A stretch of DNA of 64,000 nt from NCBI GenBank assembly GCA_000091205.1, contig AP006487.2, one strand, 5' to 3'. The stretch is from Cyanidioschyzon merolae. Lineage: Eukaryota. The notes under the pieces were generated by a model. The model saw nothing but the letters and a program-made list of their open reading frames with translations, was not told where the DNA came from and ran no database searches. Position numbers and translations under genes: made by a program. Shown here one piece after another: positions 1 through 11,237 of this stretch. The number at the start of each line of letters is the position of its first letter. Position 1 is the stretch's first letter.

Positions 1-597
1 CGGGGTCTGTAAAATCGGGACATGAACGCCATCATCAAATCATTCGAATGCTGAGAATGGAGCTTGACAGAACGGAGCGACCGGTGTATTGTATGGCAGA
101 GAAAGCGAAAGGAGGCAGTTACAGAAAATTCCGCAAGATCTGGTATTGATGCCATTTGGAAGAGACCCAAACTTTCGCAAGTACGTCCGCGTCCACCAAG
201 TCGTCCTCTTCGATTTTATGCTGACACGGGTATAAAAAGTCCAGTGATGAGATGAGCGGAACCTCTCCCAGATTCGCGGTTTCTTCGCTGGGGTACCTCT
301 GGGATGGACGGCACTCACGCATGTATACATGCATGCGCATGCTCACCCCGAGAAAAGCATACATAAAAAGGCAGCAACCTCATTCGTAGAACGAGGGCAG
401 CGGGTGATGATGCTCGTGACTGAATCAACTCATCATCGAGTCGCTCCTGGCAGGAGTATCGGGTACCGTGCCCAGTATGCCTGTAAGCAGACGCCATTTC
501 ATGGCTGTTTCGCAGCGCCGCCTAGCGGCCTCGTCACTCCACCCGGACGCATGCACGCTGCCGACGCAAAGGCGAACCGCAACCTGCTGCGCAAACC

Positions 598-2901
598 CTA
601 ATGAGAGCCGTTGGAGCCATCGAGGTCGCGGCTTGTCCGGATCGGGAGCTCAACCGGGTTGTATGGAACAAAAACGTTCTGCATATATTGCAAGAATCGT
701 CGACGATAGAAAGCTGGCGGGCAAACCGATGGCGCTGCACCGCAATAAATAAAGAGTTTCCAGCCAAACTCCAGTCTTTTGGGTACGCTGTAATCCTGCA
801 GTGCATCAATAATGCCGAGGCGAAGCTTGTATCCAACGTAGTTGCCAGCCTCTCGGCGAAACGCGATCAGATCCCGAAAAAGAAGCTTGTCTTCAGTGGC
901 ATCGGTGATTCTCTGGGCGAGAGTTGGACTTTGCGGGGCCATCCCGGGCGTCGAACCTGGCAGCTGCAGTGTAAGCTTCGCCAGCGGCGACACAGTGCTC
1001 AAGAGAAGCCCCTCCTGGTCTGTGTTTGTTGATTCCAAAATGACCGGCAGCGATTGCTTCTGCGTCTCATCGGCAAACGGGATTTCCGATCCATGCGCTC
1101 GTCCTTCGTGAGTCGCACTGTGCGTGCGTTTCCATAATGGTGCCGGGATCGGTTCCGAGAGCCCAATGAGAAGCGAGTAGTCCATAATATGGAGCTCCTC
1201 CAGGAACGCCGTGTCCCTCTCGATCATGCGCATGAGGATGGTGTAATCATTTGCGCGAATCAGAAACGGTGAGCGAATGTCATCCTCTCTGAATATCGGC
1301 ACCGCAACCAGTTGAGAGAATGCAATTCTCTCTGACCACTCATGCTCCACGAAAGACGTTTGGGGCACCTGCAAATGCAATGGAGGTCTCTCTGTTCCGG
1401 TCTCATTTGAAGCAGCTGGTGATTTGCTTGAGCGAGTGCGTGCATCCGCAAGAGACGCACTTGCCTTTTTCTTGTACCGTTGAGGAAGGCTCCGTAGCGA
1501 CCTGGGGCGCGGCTTCGATCGCCGGCTTCCTTTCAGATCGTACTTTTCATGCAAGCGAAAAGCGGACGGGAATAGGTCCGGGACGACAACGAAACGAATA
1601 TGGTGTCTTTGTCGAGTCCGGATCTGAAACAGCGCTAAGTACTGCGGGAGCAGAGTGCCCAACGGATCTGAAGAAACGTAAGCGAAGTATGCTGGTAGCA
1701 GTTGAATCAGCTTCGAGTACTCCTGTCGCGTAATGGTCTTGAGTAGAAACTGCTGATCGTGCGTCAGGAAGAAAAGTGCCTGGGAGTTACCTGGACTGGG
1801 TATCTCTACCAGTCCTGCTGGGTTGCAGAGCGACCCCAGGAACTCATCGTCAGTGTAGCCGAACACGCGACGCAGACGTGCGAAAACGCGCGGTGCCGAA
1901 AACTCCCATTTGATCGAGTCGCTAAGAGGTTCTATATACCGGTTCGGTACTTCGCGGACACGGTCTCCGGCTTCCACATGGCATACAAAGGCTGCCACAA
2001 AGTCCGCATCCTGCAGAGGGGCATTGCGCTGCTGCCGCTCCTGCTCGTGGAGGACTTGAAGGGATCGGCGCACACCGGCCTGAATATTCAGCGCAATAAA
2101 CCATGAAGGATTATCCTTGAATACAGTAATCCCGGATTTGTTCCGCCGCATCACTTTCGGTTGCAGCGGGCCCCGCAGAAAAGTCGGAAGACTTCGCCGC
2201 GAACCAATACGAAAAACTCCCAGGCGCTGGAAGGTGCGCAGAAAGTCCTCCCTCAGGTTCACTTGTTCACTGAGAGAGTACTCTCGCTCAAAAGCTTGTG
2301 TCAGTTGATCGAGGCCCAAATACTGGACTCGCCGAGCCCCAGTAGAACAGAGCCGATCTCCGCCTGTCCCAGGGCTGTTGGCGTCTGTCGGCGTTGCGTG
2401 CTCGTCGCTTCGAGGGTCATCAAAGTAGCTGTTTCGCAGGTGACCATCATCAATCAACCAAAAGCCGCCTTCGTTCCCTGTATCGATAAACCGTCCGGGT
2501 TGCGGATGCCGTTCACGAACGATCCGTTCGAGCTGTTCGCGATCCATGTCATACACTCGCTTCGCATATTCGTAACGCACTCGCGTGTTTACAGGGAGCT
2601 CAACAAGCGCCTCCCACACCGGGTATGTGCTGGGTGAGGTCTCCAGCGCCACAGCGCGCTCCGCGTCCCAACAACCAAGCGATTCACATGAACCGAGTAA
2701 GATGATGTCCTCGTTCGCGATGGTGTACGAGCGAACCCGAAATACGGCTTCGCAGGTGCTAGGACTTTGGTTTTCGTCAGCATCCACGTTCGAAACGCTC
2801 ACTGAGTTCGAACGAGTCTTCGAAGCGTGGGTTCCTCTGCCTCTCAGGAGGCCGCTCACAGCGGGAATCAGAGACCAAGGCCGTCTCCTCGGCCTCTTCA
2901 T
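598..2901 (-). CDS. Phosphatidylinositol-phosphate kinase (PIPK catalytic core) with N-terminal CBM20-like carbohydrate-binding module
   Basis: Uninterrupted 767-aa ORF starting at a true ATG (cat at 2899-2901 on + strand). PIPK-core motifs read directly: GNSQALFFLTHDQQFLLKTITRQE, HIRFVVVPDLF, MDYSLLIGL, LRLGIIDALQDYSVPKRLE. Residues ~50-125 (FRVRSYT..ILLGSCESLGCWD..YPVWEALVELP..RVRYEYAK) look like a CBM20 starch-binding fold. Confidence 0.8.
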   Translation of the reverse strand: MKRPRRRPWSLIPAVSGLLRGRGTHASKTRSNSVSVSNVDADENQSPSTCEAVFRVRSYTIANEDIILLGSCESLGCWDAERAVALETSPSTYPVWEALVELPVNTRVRYEYAKRVYDMDREQLERIVRERHPQPGRFIDTGNEGGFWLIDDGHLRNSYFDDPRSDEHATPTDANSPGTGGDRLCSTGARRVQYLGLDQLTQAFEREYSLSEQVNLREDFLRTFQRLGVFRIGSRRSLPTFLRGPLQPKVMRRNKSGITVFKDNPSWFIALNIQAGVRRSLQVLHEQERQQRNAPLQDADFVAAFVCHVEAGDRVREVPNRYIEPLSDSIKWEFSAPRVFARLRRVFGYTDDEFLGSLCNPAGLVEIPSPGNSQALFFLTHDQQFLLKTITRQEYSKLIQLLPAYFAYVSSDPLGTLLPQYLALFQIRTRQRHHIRFVVVPDLFPSAFRLHEKYDLKGSRRSKPRPRSLRSLPQRYKKKASASLADARTRSSKSPAASNETGTERPPLHLQVPQTSFVEHEWSERIAFSQLVAVPIFREDDIRSPFLIRANDYTILMRMIERDTAFLEELHIMDYSLLIGLSEPIPAPLWKRTHSATHEGRAHGSEIPFADETQKQSLPVILESTNTDQEGLLLSTVSPLAKLTLQLPGSTPGMAPQSPTLAQRITDATEDKLLFRDLIAFRREAGNYVGYKLRLGIIDALQDYSVPKRLEFGWKLFIYCGAAPSVCPPAFYRRRFLQYMQNVFVPYNPVELPIRTSRDLDGSNGSH

Positions 2902-5540
2902 TGTAAGCGTAGGGTACTCTTAGCTGTGCCAACCTCTCCCGACACCTTTACATATCCCAGAGCGTGCGAGTTCTGAACCCGAAACGCTACTCAGTGGAAA
3001 GCGCTTGTCGAGTGTCGACACGAGCGCCGCTTCCCGTTCCCCGGCAGCAGACCAGCGGCAGCAAGCGACGATTCGGGGGTTCAGGGAGGTGCCGATCCGC
3101 AGCCTGCTGGGACGGGTGCGCGCTCGCCAGCAACGCAGGCCGCCGGATACCGGGGCATGTCCACGGTGCACTCGCAGACGGCGTCGGGGTAGGCACGGAC
3201 GGCAGAGTGGGTATCCGTATGGGCGCTTGAAGGGAGCCTGATTGCCGCAGAGGTCCTCTTCGTGATTCATGGAACTTGAACGAATTTATGCGGCATGCAT
3301 CTTGCTTCGCTGGCTCTCGATAACAATCGCGCAGCCGTGGAAACCTTTGTTCGACGCATTGATGCCGCACCCGATAAGGACTAGGGAATGGAGTATGCGA
3401 GAGCCCGCTCCGTGCATCGCTGATGGTGTACGCAGCCGATAGCTCTGTTGCGCGCTTTCGCTTCAAGGAGCATCGCTGGGGACGCATTCGATGCATGCTG
3501 GTCGGTTTCATACCGAACAGAATTTGCGGTCGATCGACGATGACTCCAGAGCGTTCGACCCGAAGTTGATCGAGCACCAAATGTTGTTCAGCAGGTAGCT
3601 TCTGATGGAAGCTTTTGTTGCTGGTTCGCGGTGATGGACTCGGCGGTTGCCGATGTCTGGTGTGTTCTCGTGCGTTGCACGTTCGCGCACTGCGCCTTGG
3701 TCAGATACGAACGAAGCACGGATGTGCTCGTTTTGTTTCTGCGTTACGATCTTTTCTGCAGTTTTTGAAGATGAACTGCGCCGTCATTGGAAGTTTGCGT
3801 GTAAGAGCTTATGGACTTGCATGTAGCTCTAGGACTTTCGGTCGACTTTTTTGGAGTTGATGCTTCTCCGCTCGAATTCTGTTCTACACGGGAATCGAGA
3901 TGATTCTCGTCGCTCCTGGACCAGCATTCGTGCAAGAACTGATATCACGATACAACTCGCACGTATAGGCTTCCATTTTCCTCCTCGCCTTACGTGCAGC
4001 ATATTCAGATCACGGAAAAATCAGTTGTTCGATGTTGCTGTTTCAACGCAAGTTGCGTGCGCTGCAATTGGCGCCACTGGATGGACATGACACAAAAATT
4101 TGGTGTCGTCCATTGACGATTCGTTGAAAAGCACATGTGAAATGTTCTCGGAACATGTCACGTAAAATAACCAATTCCATTCCAAGTCCGTATTCTTGTA
4201 AGTTTTCGATCAAAGATGAGACGGTGCTCCAAAAGAGTATGGTACCTCCCAGGGGATATGCCTCCAGAATCACATGGTTTCGCTGTTTGCATGGAAAAAA
4301 GTTCTTGGGGCTCGGATTTTCCGCAAAGAAACGATCTCTCTCAAGGAGAAAAGCGTCATCGCTTTGCACGAAGCAAGCGTGGACGGATCCGAATTCGTCG
4401 AATTTTATCCATTCCGGACGCTTTTCCAGGTACTTGTTTCTTCATGGACAACAGCGTCGCGTTCCGTAAATCCTCGATCGAATGGGGCAACGAGCGTTTC
4501 TCTGTGCTGCGGTCAGAACACTCGCTGAAGAGATTTGGTAGCAGAAGCCCATTTTCGTACGGTACGGAGCTCGCGGGCAGGGTAACCGTAGACGGAATCC
4601 AATGGGACCTTCTGAGCCCGTCAAGCACATGTACCGAATGATATGGCAAGCGTTTGCACGCAACGCGGCAGCTTCACGAGCAGGAGATGTGCTTGACATT
4701 TGGGATCACTTGACGACCGTCAAGTTTCACTGCTGCAAAGCTAGCACCGAGGCAATATACAAAAGCATGAAAGCGGCAAAAAAGCCTCGATCGCATCTTG
4801 TGTCTGTGCATGAACTGCGTCACCAACAGGCGGATGCTGCGAAATCGGGAATCAAACGCCGCCACCTGCATCCTTCGGCTCTTGACAACGGAACTGGGAT
4901 CACAAGACACTCGTGCGCATTCAGAGCCGTAGACTAGAGATAGCAAAAGGAAGCTGTGCCCAAAAATTCCACAAACGCCGGTGTTGATCGTATTCAGAAT
5001 AGTCATAAACTTTGGTGTGAACGCCCGTGTTTTTCCCAGTGCACTTTTTTTCAAGCACGATTGCAATAGCAAAGCGTCTGGTGCAAGAGCGTTGCAATCG
5101 CCGTCGCTCCCAGGATACCGATCTGCCGTACGCGCCGCTGCAGGGTCCGCGGATCGCGCGCCCGTGCCAAGCAACGCATCCGCCCTTGGAGCGTTACGCG
5201 CAATGCATCGATGCGATGCATTGCGCTGCGCGCTGCAGGATACCCGCCTGCAGCCGATGCCGTGCGGTGTTCGATCTCCGCATCGACTTGCGTTCAGCGT
5301 TCCAGGGGTTTCGGTTACCGCTCAGCGGCACCTAGGAATCAGAACGCTGTGGAACAGAGCGGTTCTAGGTCTAGTGGACTGTGCCATTTAAATTCTAGGA
5401 AACTTGAACGTTTCTACGGGAGCAATACATCGTCAGGAACCCCAAAACATTAAAGTGTGGGAAGCTGTCGCCACGCGCTGCAAAGGTGCCCGCGTACGGG
5501 TGCGAGCTGCCGACTGTACCGAACAGAATTCGGTCTGAAA

Positions 5541-6302
5541 ATGTTTAAATCTAAACTATATCGACGCTCTTGGCGGAAAAGGCGACAAGATAATCAGCAG
5601 ATCCTGAGAAATCGGGTGCTCAAACGCAAGCAGCAGGGGCAGGAACAGCAGCAGGAACAGCAGCAGGAACAGCAGCAGGAACAGCAGCCCTGGCGACTAT
5701 GCGCGGACGTGCACGCCCTGTTCCATCGCCTGAGTGAGCACAACGCCCCCGGCGAGAAAGATATGGCACACGCTTCTCCTATGCAATCCATTACGAGGCC
5801 CGGTTCGTTGACATGTACCAGTCCGGCGCTTCGCAAAGTTCTTTCTGAGACCCGGGCAGAACTTTTTCGCACGCGGGATCGTCTCCGGGAGACGCAGCAG
5901 CAGGTCCGTGAACTGGAACATGATCGGACGAGCCTCGAGCAGGCGCTCATGCGTGTCCTTGAGTTGGATCAAGTCCTCCAGAATGGGCAGACGCCATTCC
6001 GTGCTTCCCACGTCTGGGAAACTCCACGAGAGGATCGATTGTTTTCACGTGTCGGGGTGGCGAGCACCCCATGGCTGGAGCGGAGCACGGTGTGGTTCTC
6101 CCCCCGAGAACCCAACTCTGCGAAACGAGCGTTGATCATTCAAGAGGCCCTCGAGAAACGATTTCCTCAGGAAAGGGCCCCTCGTGACGAATGGGACTGT
6201 TCACCTGTTCTCCAAACGAGCGATCTGACAGCGGACCACATTTCTTTACCTAGGAATGACACATCCGCAGCATATGAACACTTTGCCGATCGATCTATAT
6301 GA
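5541..6302 (+). CDS. Hypothetical coiled-coil protein with Q/E repeat
   Basis: ORF-track ORF 5457-6302 begins at GTG; the first ATG is at 5541. It has a (QQE)n tract encoded by 12-bp repeats at ~5632-5690 and a heptad-like stretch LRETQQQVRELEHDRTSLEQALMRVLELDQVL. No family recognised. Confidence 0.3.
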   Translation: MFKSKLYRRSWRKRRQDNQQILRNRVLKRKQQGQEQQQEQQQEQQQEQQPWRLCADVHALFHRLSEHNAPGEKDMAHASPMQSITRPGSLTCTSPALRKVLSETRAELFRTRDRLRETQQQVRELEHDRTSLEQALMRVLELDQVLQNGQTPFRASHVWETPREDRLFSRVGVASTPWLERSTVWFSPREPNSAKRALIIQEALEKRFPQERAPRDEWDCSPVLQTSDLTADHISLPRNDTSAAYEHFADRSI

Positions 6303-7387
6303 CTAGGGGCGCGCAGTGTTCCCTTCGATCGCTGACTATAGATCCCATGTATGATCGCGTGCGAGTATGTCGCCATCCGAAACATTGCAGCTCAGTACAG
6401 GCAGCGATTCACTTGCTCTGGCGATGAAGAAAGATCCTGAGAAACTGCATGGAATGCTCGTTAAACCGCATGGGAAGCAGTGCGCTGCTGGTGATATGCG
6501 CCTGTGGTATGCGCCGCGAGGTCCTCAGACACCGCTGCCGCTGGCGTCACCATGGCAGCGCCCTCTCGACTCGAACCGCATATGCTGTTGAAACGGCGTC
6601 GATGGATACCGAGGCCAATGCTCCACCGTCTCCCAATAGCACCTCAACTTCTGGGCTACATGGCTGTGGGTCCATCCAAGTTCCGAAGATGCTTCGCAAG
6701 TCGTCTTTGCCGGCCGCTATGTTTGCGAGGAAACAGCACTCGGCCACCTTAAAAAGCTGCAGCATCAACACGGCGTCGGGAATGGCTCGCATAACCTCCG
6801 CCTGTTCTGCAGCGCGACACGAAGCAAGCTTCGAGGCTGGTGGTAGTAGCTGGTTGCGTCCACGCTGCAGTTTGTCGGAAGCGAGGAAGCTGCAAGCGCC
6901 CCGTATCCGGCCAAGCTGGGGGTGCTGCGAGCTCTCCTCTATTCCCTTCAGGACGATATTGCTTTCGACCAGTGACTGAGCGCTGGTTGATGCGTCTGAA
7001 GTGCGAACGAGATAAATTAACAGAAAAACGTCAGCACAGGCGTCCGTTCACAGCTCCGTTGTATCGCCACCGCAAACGCAGTGAGAGTGCGTCGGACGCA
7101 TTCAGCGTTTCTGCAGTCATTGTTTCCTCCTGTTTCCCAAGTGCCAACGTATCAAGACGTGGGTGCTTCAACGCACACAAAGAGCAGCAGAGGAGGGTTC
7201 TCTCGATGATGAAATACGCCAGGTGTGCGCGCCGAGGACGCTGGTGCAGCGCTGACGAGCCCCTACGACCGTAGGCTGCGCGGCGAGCACATCTGTCGTA
7301 CCCCTAGGTTTGATTGGGTTCGTTCAAGTGAGCAACCGCAAAAACTAAAGCCGTGCGAGCTTTGGGCAGAAGACCTCTATCTCAGTG

Positions 7388-8689
7388 ATGCTCGCAAGTG
7401 CCCGCGCACTGAACCGATCGCTGACTCAGCGAACTTTTTCTTTTGCTGGATTCGGGGACTCGCGAGTAACTGGACCTCACGCGAGCTCTGTCCGGCGCCT
7501 CTGCACTGGGCGCTTGGGTGCTGGGGCAGCTCGGCTTCCCGAGAACATTGCGCCAAACATCCTGCGGGAACTGACAAGTGCATTCAGTGCAGGTAAAGAA
7601 AGCCCGGTTTCGATACGAGAACTGCGCCGGGCGCTTTTTGACACTGTGACAGGACTTTCACCTGCATATGTCGGTCACGCCAAGGCGCTGGCGCTTCTCG
7701 CCTGGAAGGCACCTGGGCACTATGCTGCACTGCGCAGCGTCTTGTTGCGTTTATCCATAATGCGACCAGCCTGGTCACCGAAGCATATCCTCGATATTGC
7801 GAGCACCTCTGGGGGAATGGGCATCGTAGCTGCTCAGGCAACATGGCCCTCTACGAAACTCGATGCCGTGCTCCTGCACTCACACCTTGAGGCGACCGCG
7901 GCGTGCCAAACGTGGCTGCGTGCGGATACGAAAACGCGTTCCTATTTGGAATCCCCTGACGACTATGACCTAATCACCGCCGTGCATTGTCGATCTGATG
8001 GCGGCGCTTACGAACGAAGCCTCGACTTCTTCGAGCAGCTTTGGATGCGCTGTCGGGGGATGCTCGTGATCATCGAGCCCGGTTGTGCTGAAGGTTTTGC
8101 CCGTATGGAAGCTGTGCGCAGCCATTTACTGCAGCGCTTCCATTCCTCCGTGAAAGTCGCGGCACCGTGCCCCCATTCCGGTCCGTGTCCGCTGAGCACG
8201 AAGCACAATACCAAGATCGCGGCGGAGCGGGGCGAACACGGCTACCGCCACAACTTTTGCCATTTTGCTCAACGCTATCATCGAGATCCATCCCTGAAAG
8301 CGTTCGGCGCTCTGGATCGCGAAGGAAAACGTATGATGCCCTCGCATCGGGGTCATGCTCTGCGCAGATACGCTTACGTTGCGCTGGAACGAGTCCAGGA
8401 GGACGACGGCGACGACGCTGCGCGCGCCGCAACGCAGTCACAGGCTCCACCAGGTCGAATTCTGCGGGAGCCGCTACGACGTGGAGGCCACGTTGTCATG
8501 CATGTCTGCCAGCGCAACGGCCAAATTGAACAGCACACATATACGCGTCGCAAGCACGCAGACGGAACCTATCAAAGAGCGCGGCATGCTGCCTGGGGCG
8601 ACGAATGGGACGCTTCTGATCGAGACGCAGCATGTGGACTCGCTGATGCAGAGACACCGCTCGACCGTGCAGGGACGAATGTGTCCTGA
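7388..8689 (+). CDS. Rsm22/METTL17-like mitochondrial small-subunit methyltransferase
   Basis: 433-aa ORF from ATG 7388 (track start 7385 is GTG). N-terminus is presequence-like (MLASARALNRSLTQRTFSF). Has a SAM-fold stretch ILDIASTSGGMG and an Rsm22-type block LVIIEPGCAEGFARM .. APCPHSGPCPL .. CHFAQRY. Confidence 0.6.
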   Translation: MLASARALNRSLTQRTFSFAGFGDSRVTGPHASSVRRLCTGRLGAGAARLPENIAPNILRELTSAFSAGKESPVSIRELRRALFDTVTGLSPAYVGHAKALALLAWKAPGHYAALRSVLLRLSIMRPAWSPKHILDIASTSGGMGIVAAQATWPSTKLDAVLLHSHLEATAACQTWLRADTKTRSYLESPDDYDLITAVHCRSDGGAYERSLDFFEQLWMRCRGMLVIIEPGCAEGFARMEAVRSHLLQRFHSSVKVAAPCPHSGPCPLSTKHNTKIAAERGEHGYRHNFCHFAQRYHRDPSLKAFGALDREGKRMMPSHRGHALRRYAYVALERVQEDDGDDAARAATQSQAPPGRILREPLRRGGHVVMHVCQRNGQIEQHTYTRRKHADGTYQRARHAAWGDEWDASDRDAACGLADAETPLDRAGTNVS

Positions 8690-8818
8690 TCAGAGCCAGA
8701 AACAATGATTGTACCAGTCGCTCATGATCGAGCGGCCCAAGCGAAGGTGGCGGACAGCCGACTGCCTCGCGAGCAGTGCCCTACGCAGCAGTAACGCGAG
8801 GAACGTTTGCTGTAGCGC

Positions 8819-8856
8819 GCTGTGCTGTGCTGTGCTGTGCTGTGCTGTGCTTTGCT
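8819..8856. repeat. (TGTGC)n pentanucleotide microsatellite, ~7 units
   Basis: Direct reading: tgtgc repeated 6 times from 8821, followed by one degenerate unit (tttgc). Confidence 0.9.
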
Positions 8857-9567
8857 GGATGGGATACATCTTGCACAGGGACGCGCGATAAGCTCCTGTC
8901 GCATGGCTTTTAGAGCTCAGTGATGAACCGGCTCCAGGTGGGCGCTTCTATCGGCACCAGGTGTGAAGGCGCGGGCTTCTCTGATGCTGCTTCTCGTCCA
9001 GAAAAGGATGTCGAAGCCCGTCCTCATCACCGGGCAATCGGTATGGGTACCTCACGGGCGCTGCGCTGGAGCACTTTATGGATCCCCACTACCGAATACG
9101 ATACGCACCACGCCGTCGGCGATGCGCCACCGGCATGCCCTCATCTAGTGCGGACACGTTGCACGACGACACGCATGCGGCCGTGCGTGTGTTCCGCGCT
9201 GCCCATCACCGCTGGACACGTGCACAGCATCAGTTCGCGAACGGTGCGTGCGCGCGTGCATGGCTTCCGAGTGAGCGGCGGCGGGATATGCGTGCACAGG
9301 ACACGTGTACAGGTCGCATGCGTGCGTGCATGCGTGATAGAAACGAAAACACGGCGGCAGCGCCCTGGAGCATCACATCGTGCTTTCTTTTCTTGCTGTC
9401 GTTCATTCACCAAAGCGCATTCTTTTTCGGGATGTTACCGCTTTCACGGATAGACCGGAATCAGTTCCGCAATGAATTACGTGTGATCGGAGTATAGCAG
9501 GTGATCTGGAGTATCGATTACGATTCGCAATTGTCGGCAAGAAACTCGTGGGTTTACTGCGTGTGCG

Positions 9568-10959
9568 TCACTGCTGTTCGTGCAGTTCACGATCGAGTGT
9601 TTCCGATAAAGCCGTCCCGATGTCTGGTGTGTATTTCGCATCGTCCGGCGCGAGGAGCTCCTCGTCGCTAGCGCGCTCCTCTGCCAGCGACACGAAGAAT
9701 CGGATGGCTAACTGTTGTGCATACGCCGGCGTAGCGTCGTCCAGGGCGTGCGCACCCGGGGCCCCCAGATGGCTCTGGAACCATGCCTGGACGCCAGCGC
9801 TTAACTGCTCGACCCGCTCCGTGGGGTACAGACGCAGAACGGCAAGCCACTGGTCCGGAGAACCTGGCAGAACGGTTTCCGATTCTCCGAGGACAAGCCG
9901 GGCCGAGTCCCCAGCAATGCACAGCGGGATACAGCCAGCGCTCATGGCCACGGCGATACGTCCCTGCCAATGCGGACTCGCCGAAACCAAGCAGAAACGA
10001 GTGCTCGACGCCAGCGACCAGAGGTCCAGAGCGTCGCTGCTGGTGAAGAAGCGAACGTCAGTCTCGGCATACCAGGACGCCACGTAGAGTGATTCGGACG
10101 GCAGCAGCTGCGTCAACACGGAAACCGTATACGGCCGCGATTCCGTTGTCTTTTGTCTGGAGCTTGGCGCGTCGAATGCATTCGGAAAAGGCGGAACGAG
10201 CCAGCGCACTTCCAAGCTTGGCACGCTAGTGTCGAAGAGCATCTCAGTGGAGGACACGATAAGCGCAGTCTCGCCTGCGAGGATGACATGGCGACAGCGG
10301 CGACAACACGACTCTGAGCCACGGTTCGCCGCCAGTGCGCGACAAAGCGCTCGTGCAGCTTCGATGGGGCCGCGCGATGCAACGCTGGGCGAAGCGCTCG
10401 CCAGTAGCGTCACCAGGATATCAGCGGCGTCCGGGTCAACAGTGCGGTACGGATAGTGCAGCGCATACTGCTGCGCCGCATTCGCTGCCAACGCAGCGTA
10501 CGCTGGTACGTACTGGGATGCACTGCCGCCCCAGAGTTGACTATACAACCACCCAGGATACACGAAAATGCGTGGGGGCGTCAGATTCTGGGCCTTCGAC
10601 GTCCAGGCCCAGGACGTCGTTGACAATGTGGCAAGTGATTCGAGCGCACTGATGCGTCCCAGCTGAGCGTTCGGCGCTGACGCGGGTTCCGCGGTAGCCG
10701 CTTTCGCCCGGAACGGCGCCGAGGGGGTGTCCCAGAACGCCGCCGACGGGCTATCGCGGCTGGCGGCTAGCGCATCCAGCCAGTCCGCGAGGTTACCTCG
10801 ATCCGGAGCCATCAGTCGCAGCGTCGAATAGACTGCCAAGCATGCAATAATAAGGTGCACAGCCCAGCGTCGTAGGTGGTAGAGACTTGCGTTGGCGGAC
10901 CAGCGCCGCAGCAGCGACGCGTACGGCGTGACGCTACCTGGAAAAGGTGTCCGCAACAT
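9568..10959 (-). CDS. Exostosin-like (GT47-type) type II membrane glycosyltransferase, putative
   Basis: Track ORF starts at GTG (11130); the first ATG gives 463 aa. Has an N-terminal signal anchor WAVHLIIACLAVYSTLRL and the block STRFCLVSASPHWQGRIAVAMSAGCIPLCIAGD. That block resembles the GT47 consensus S.FCL.P.G....S.R..EA...GCIPV. An IFVYPGW segment resembles the exostosin N-terminal motif. Confidence 0.45.
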   Translation of the reverse strand: MLRTPFPGSVTPYASLLRRWSANASLYHLRRWAVHLIIACLAVYSTLRLMAPDRGNLADWLDALAASRDSPSAAFWDTPSAPFRAKAATAEPASAPNAQLGRISALESLATLSTTSWAWTSKAQNLTPPRIFVYPGWLYSQLWGGSASQYVPAYAALAANAAQQYALHYPYRTVDPDAADILVTLLASASPSVASRGPIEAARALCRALAANRGSESCCRRCRHVILAGETALIVSSTEMLFDTSVPSLEVRWLVPPFPNAFDAPSSRQKTTESRPYTVSVLTQLLPSESLYVASWYAETDVRFFTSSDALDLWSLASSTRFCLVSASPHWQGRIAVAMSAGCIPLCIAGDSARLVLGESETVLPGSPDQWLAVLRLYPTERVEQLSAGVQAWFQSHLGAPGAHALDDATPAYAQQLAIRFFVSLAEERASDEELLAPDDAKYTPDIGTALSETLDRELHEQQ

Positions 10960-11237
10960 CGGCTCTTGCGAGGCTGCTACGTCGCAGCTGCGAAGAGCGA
11001 CGGTCGGCCTAGGTCCTTTCAGCGCACGCGCACCGTCTATAAGCGTTGCGCTTTGCCCGAGGAGCGTTCCCGGGCTGGCCGAGTGTAGCGCGCGCGTCCG
11101 GCGGAGGGCCAGGGCTTCGTGCCGGCGCACGTCGCCGCTGTCTTTCTTCTCCAGCGGTGGCGCTCGACGCTGCTGCGTTCCAGGTACACCCGCGGCCGGC
11201 GACCAGGATCCAAACTGGTGGTCCGCTTGCGCAACCT

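Noticed and set aside
2987-3580. 197-aa minus-strand ORF and neighbouring ORFs in 2.9-5.4 kb
   Set aside because: No recognisable motif, overlapping alternative frames and low-complexity stretches. I cannot support a gene call. The region may be promoter or decayed sequence.
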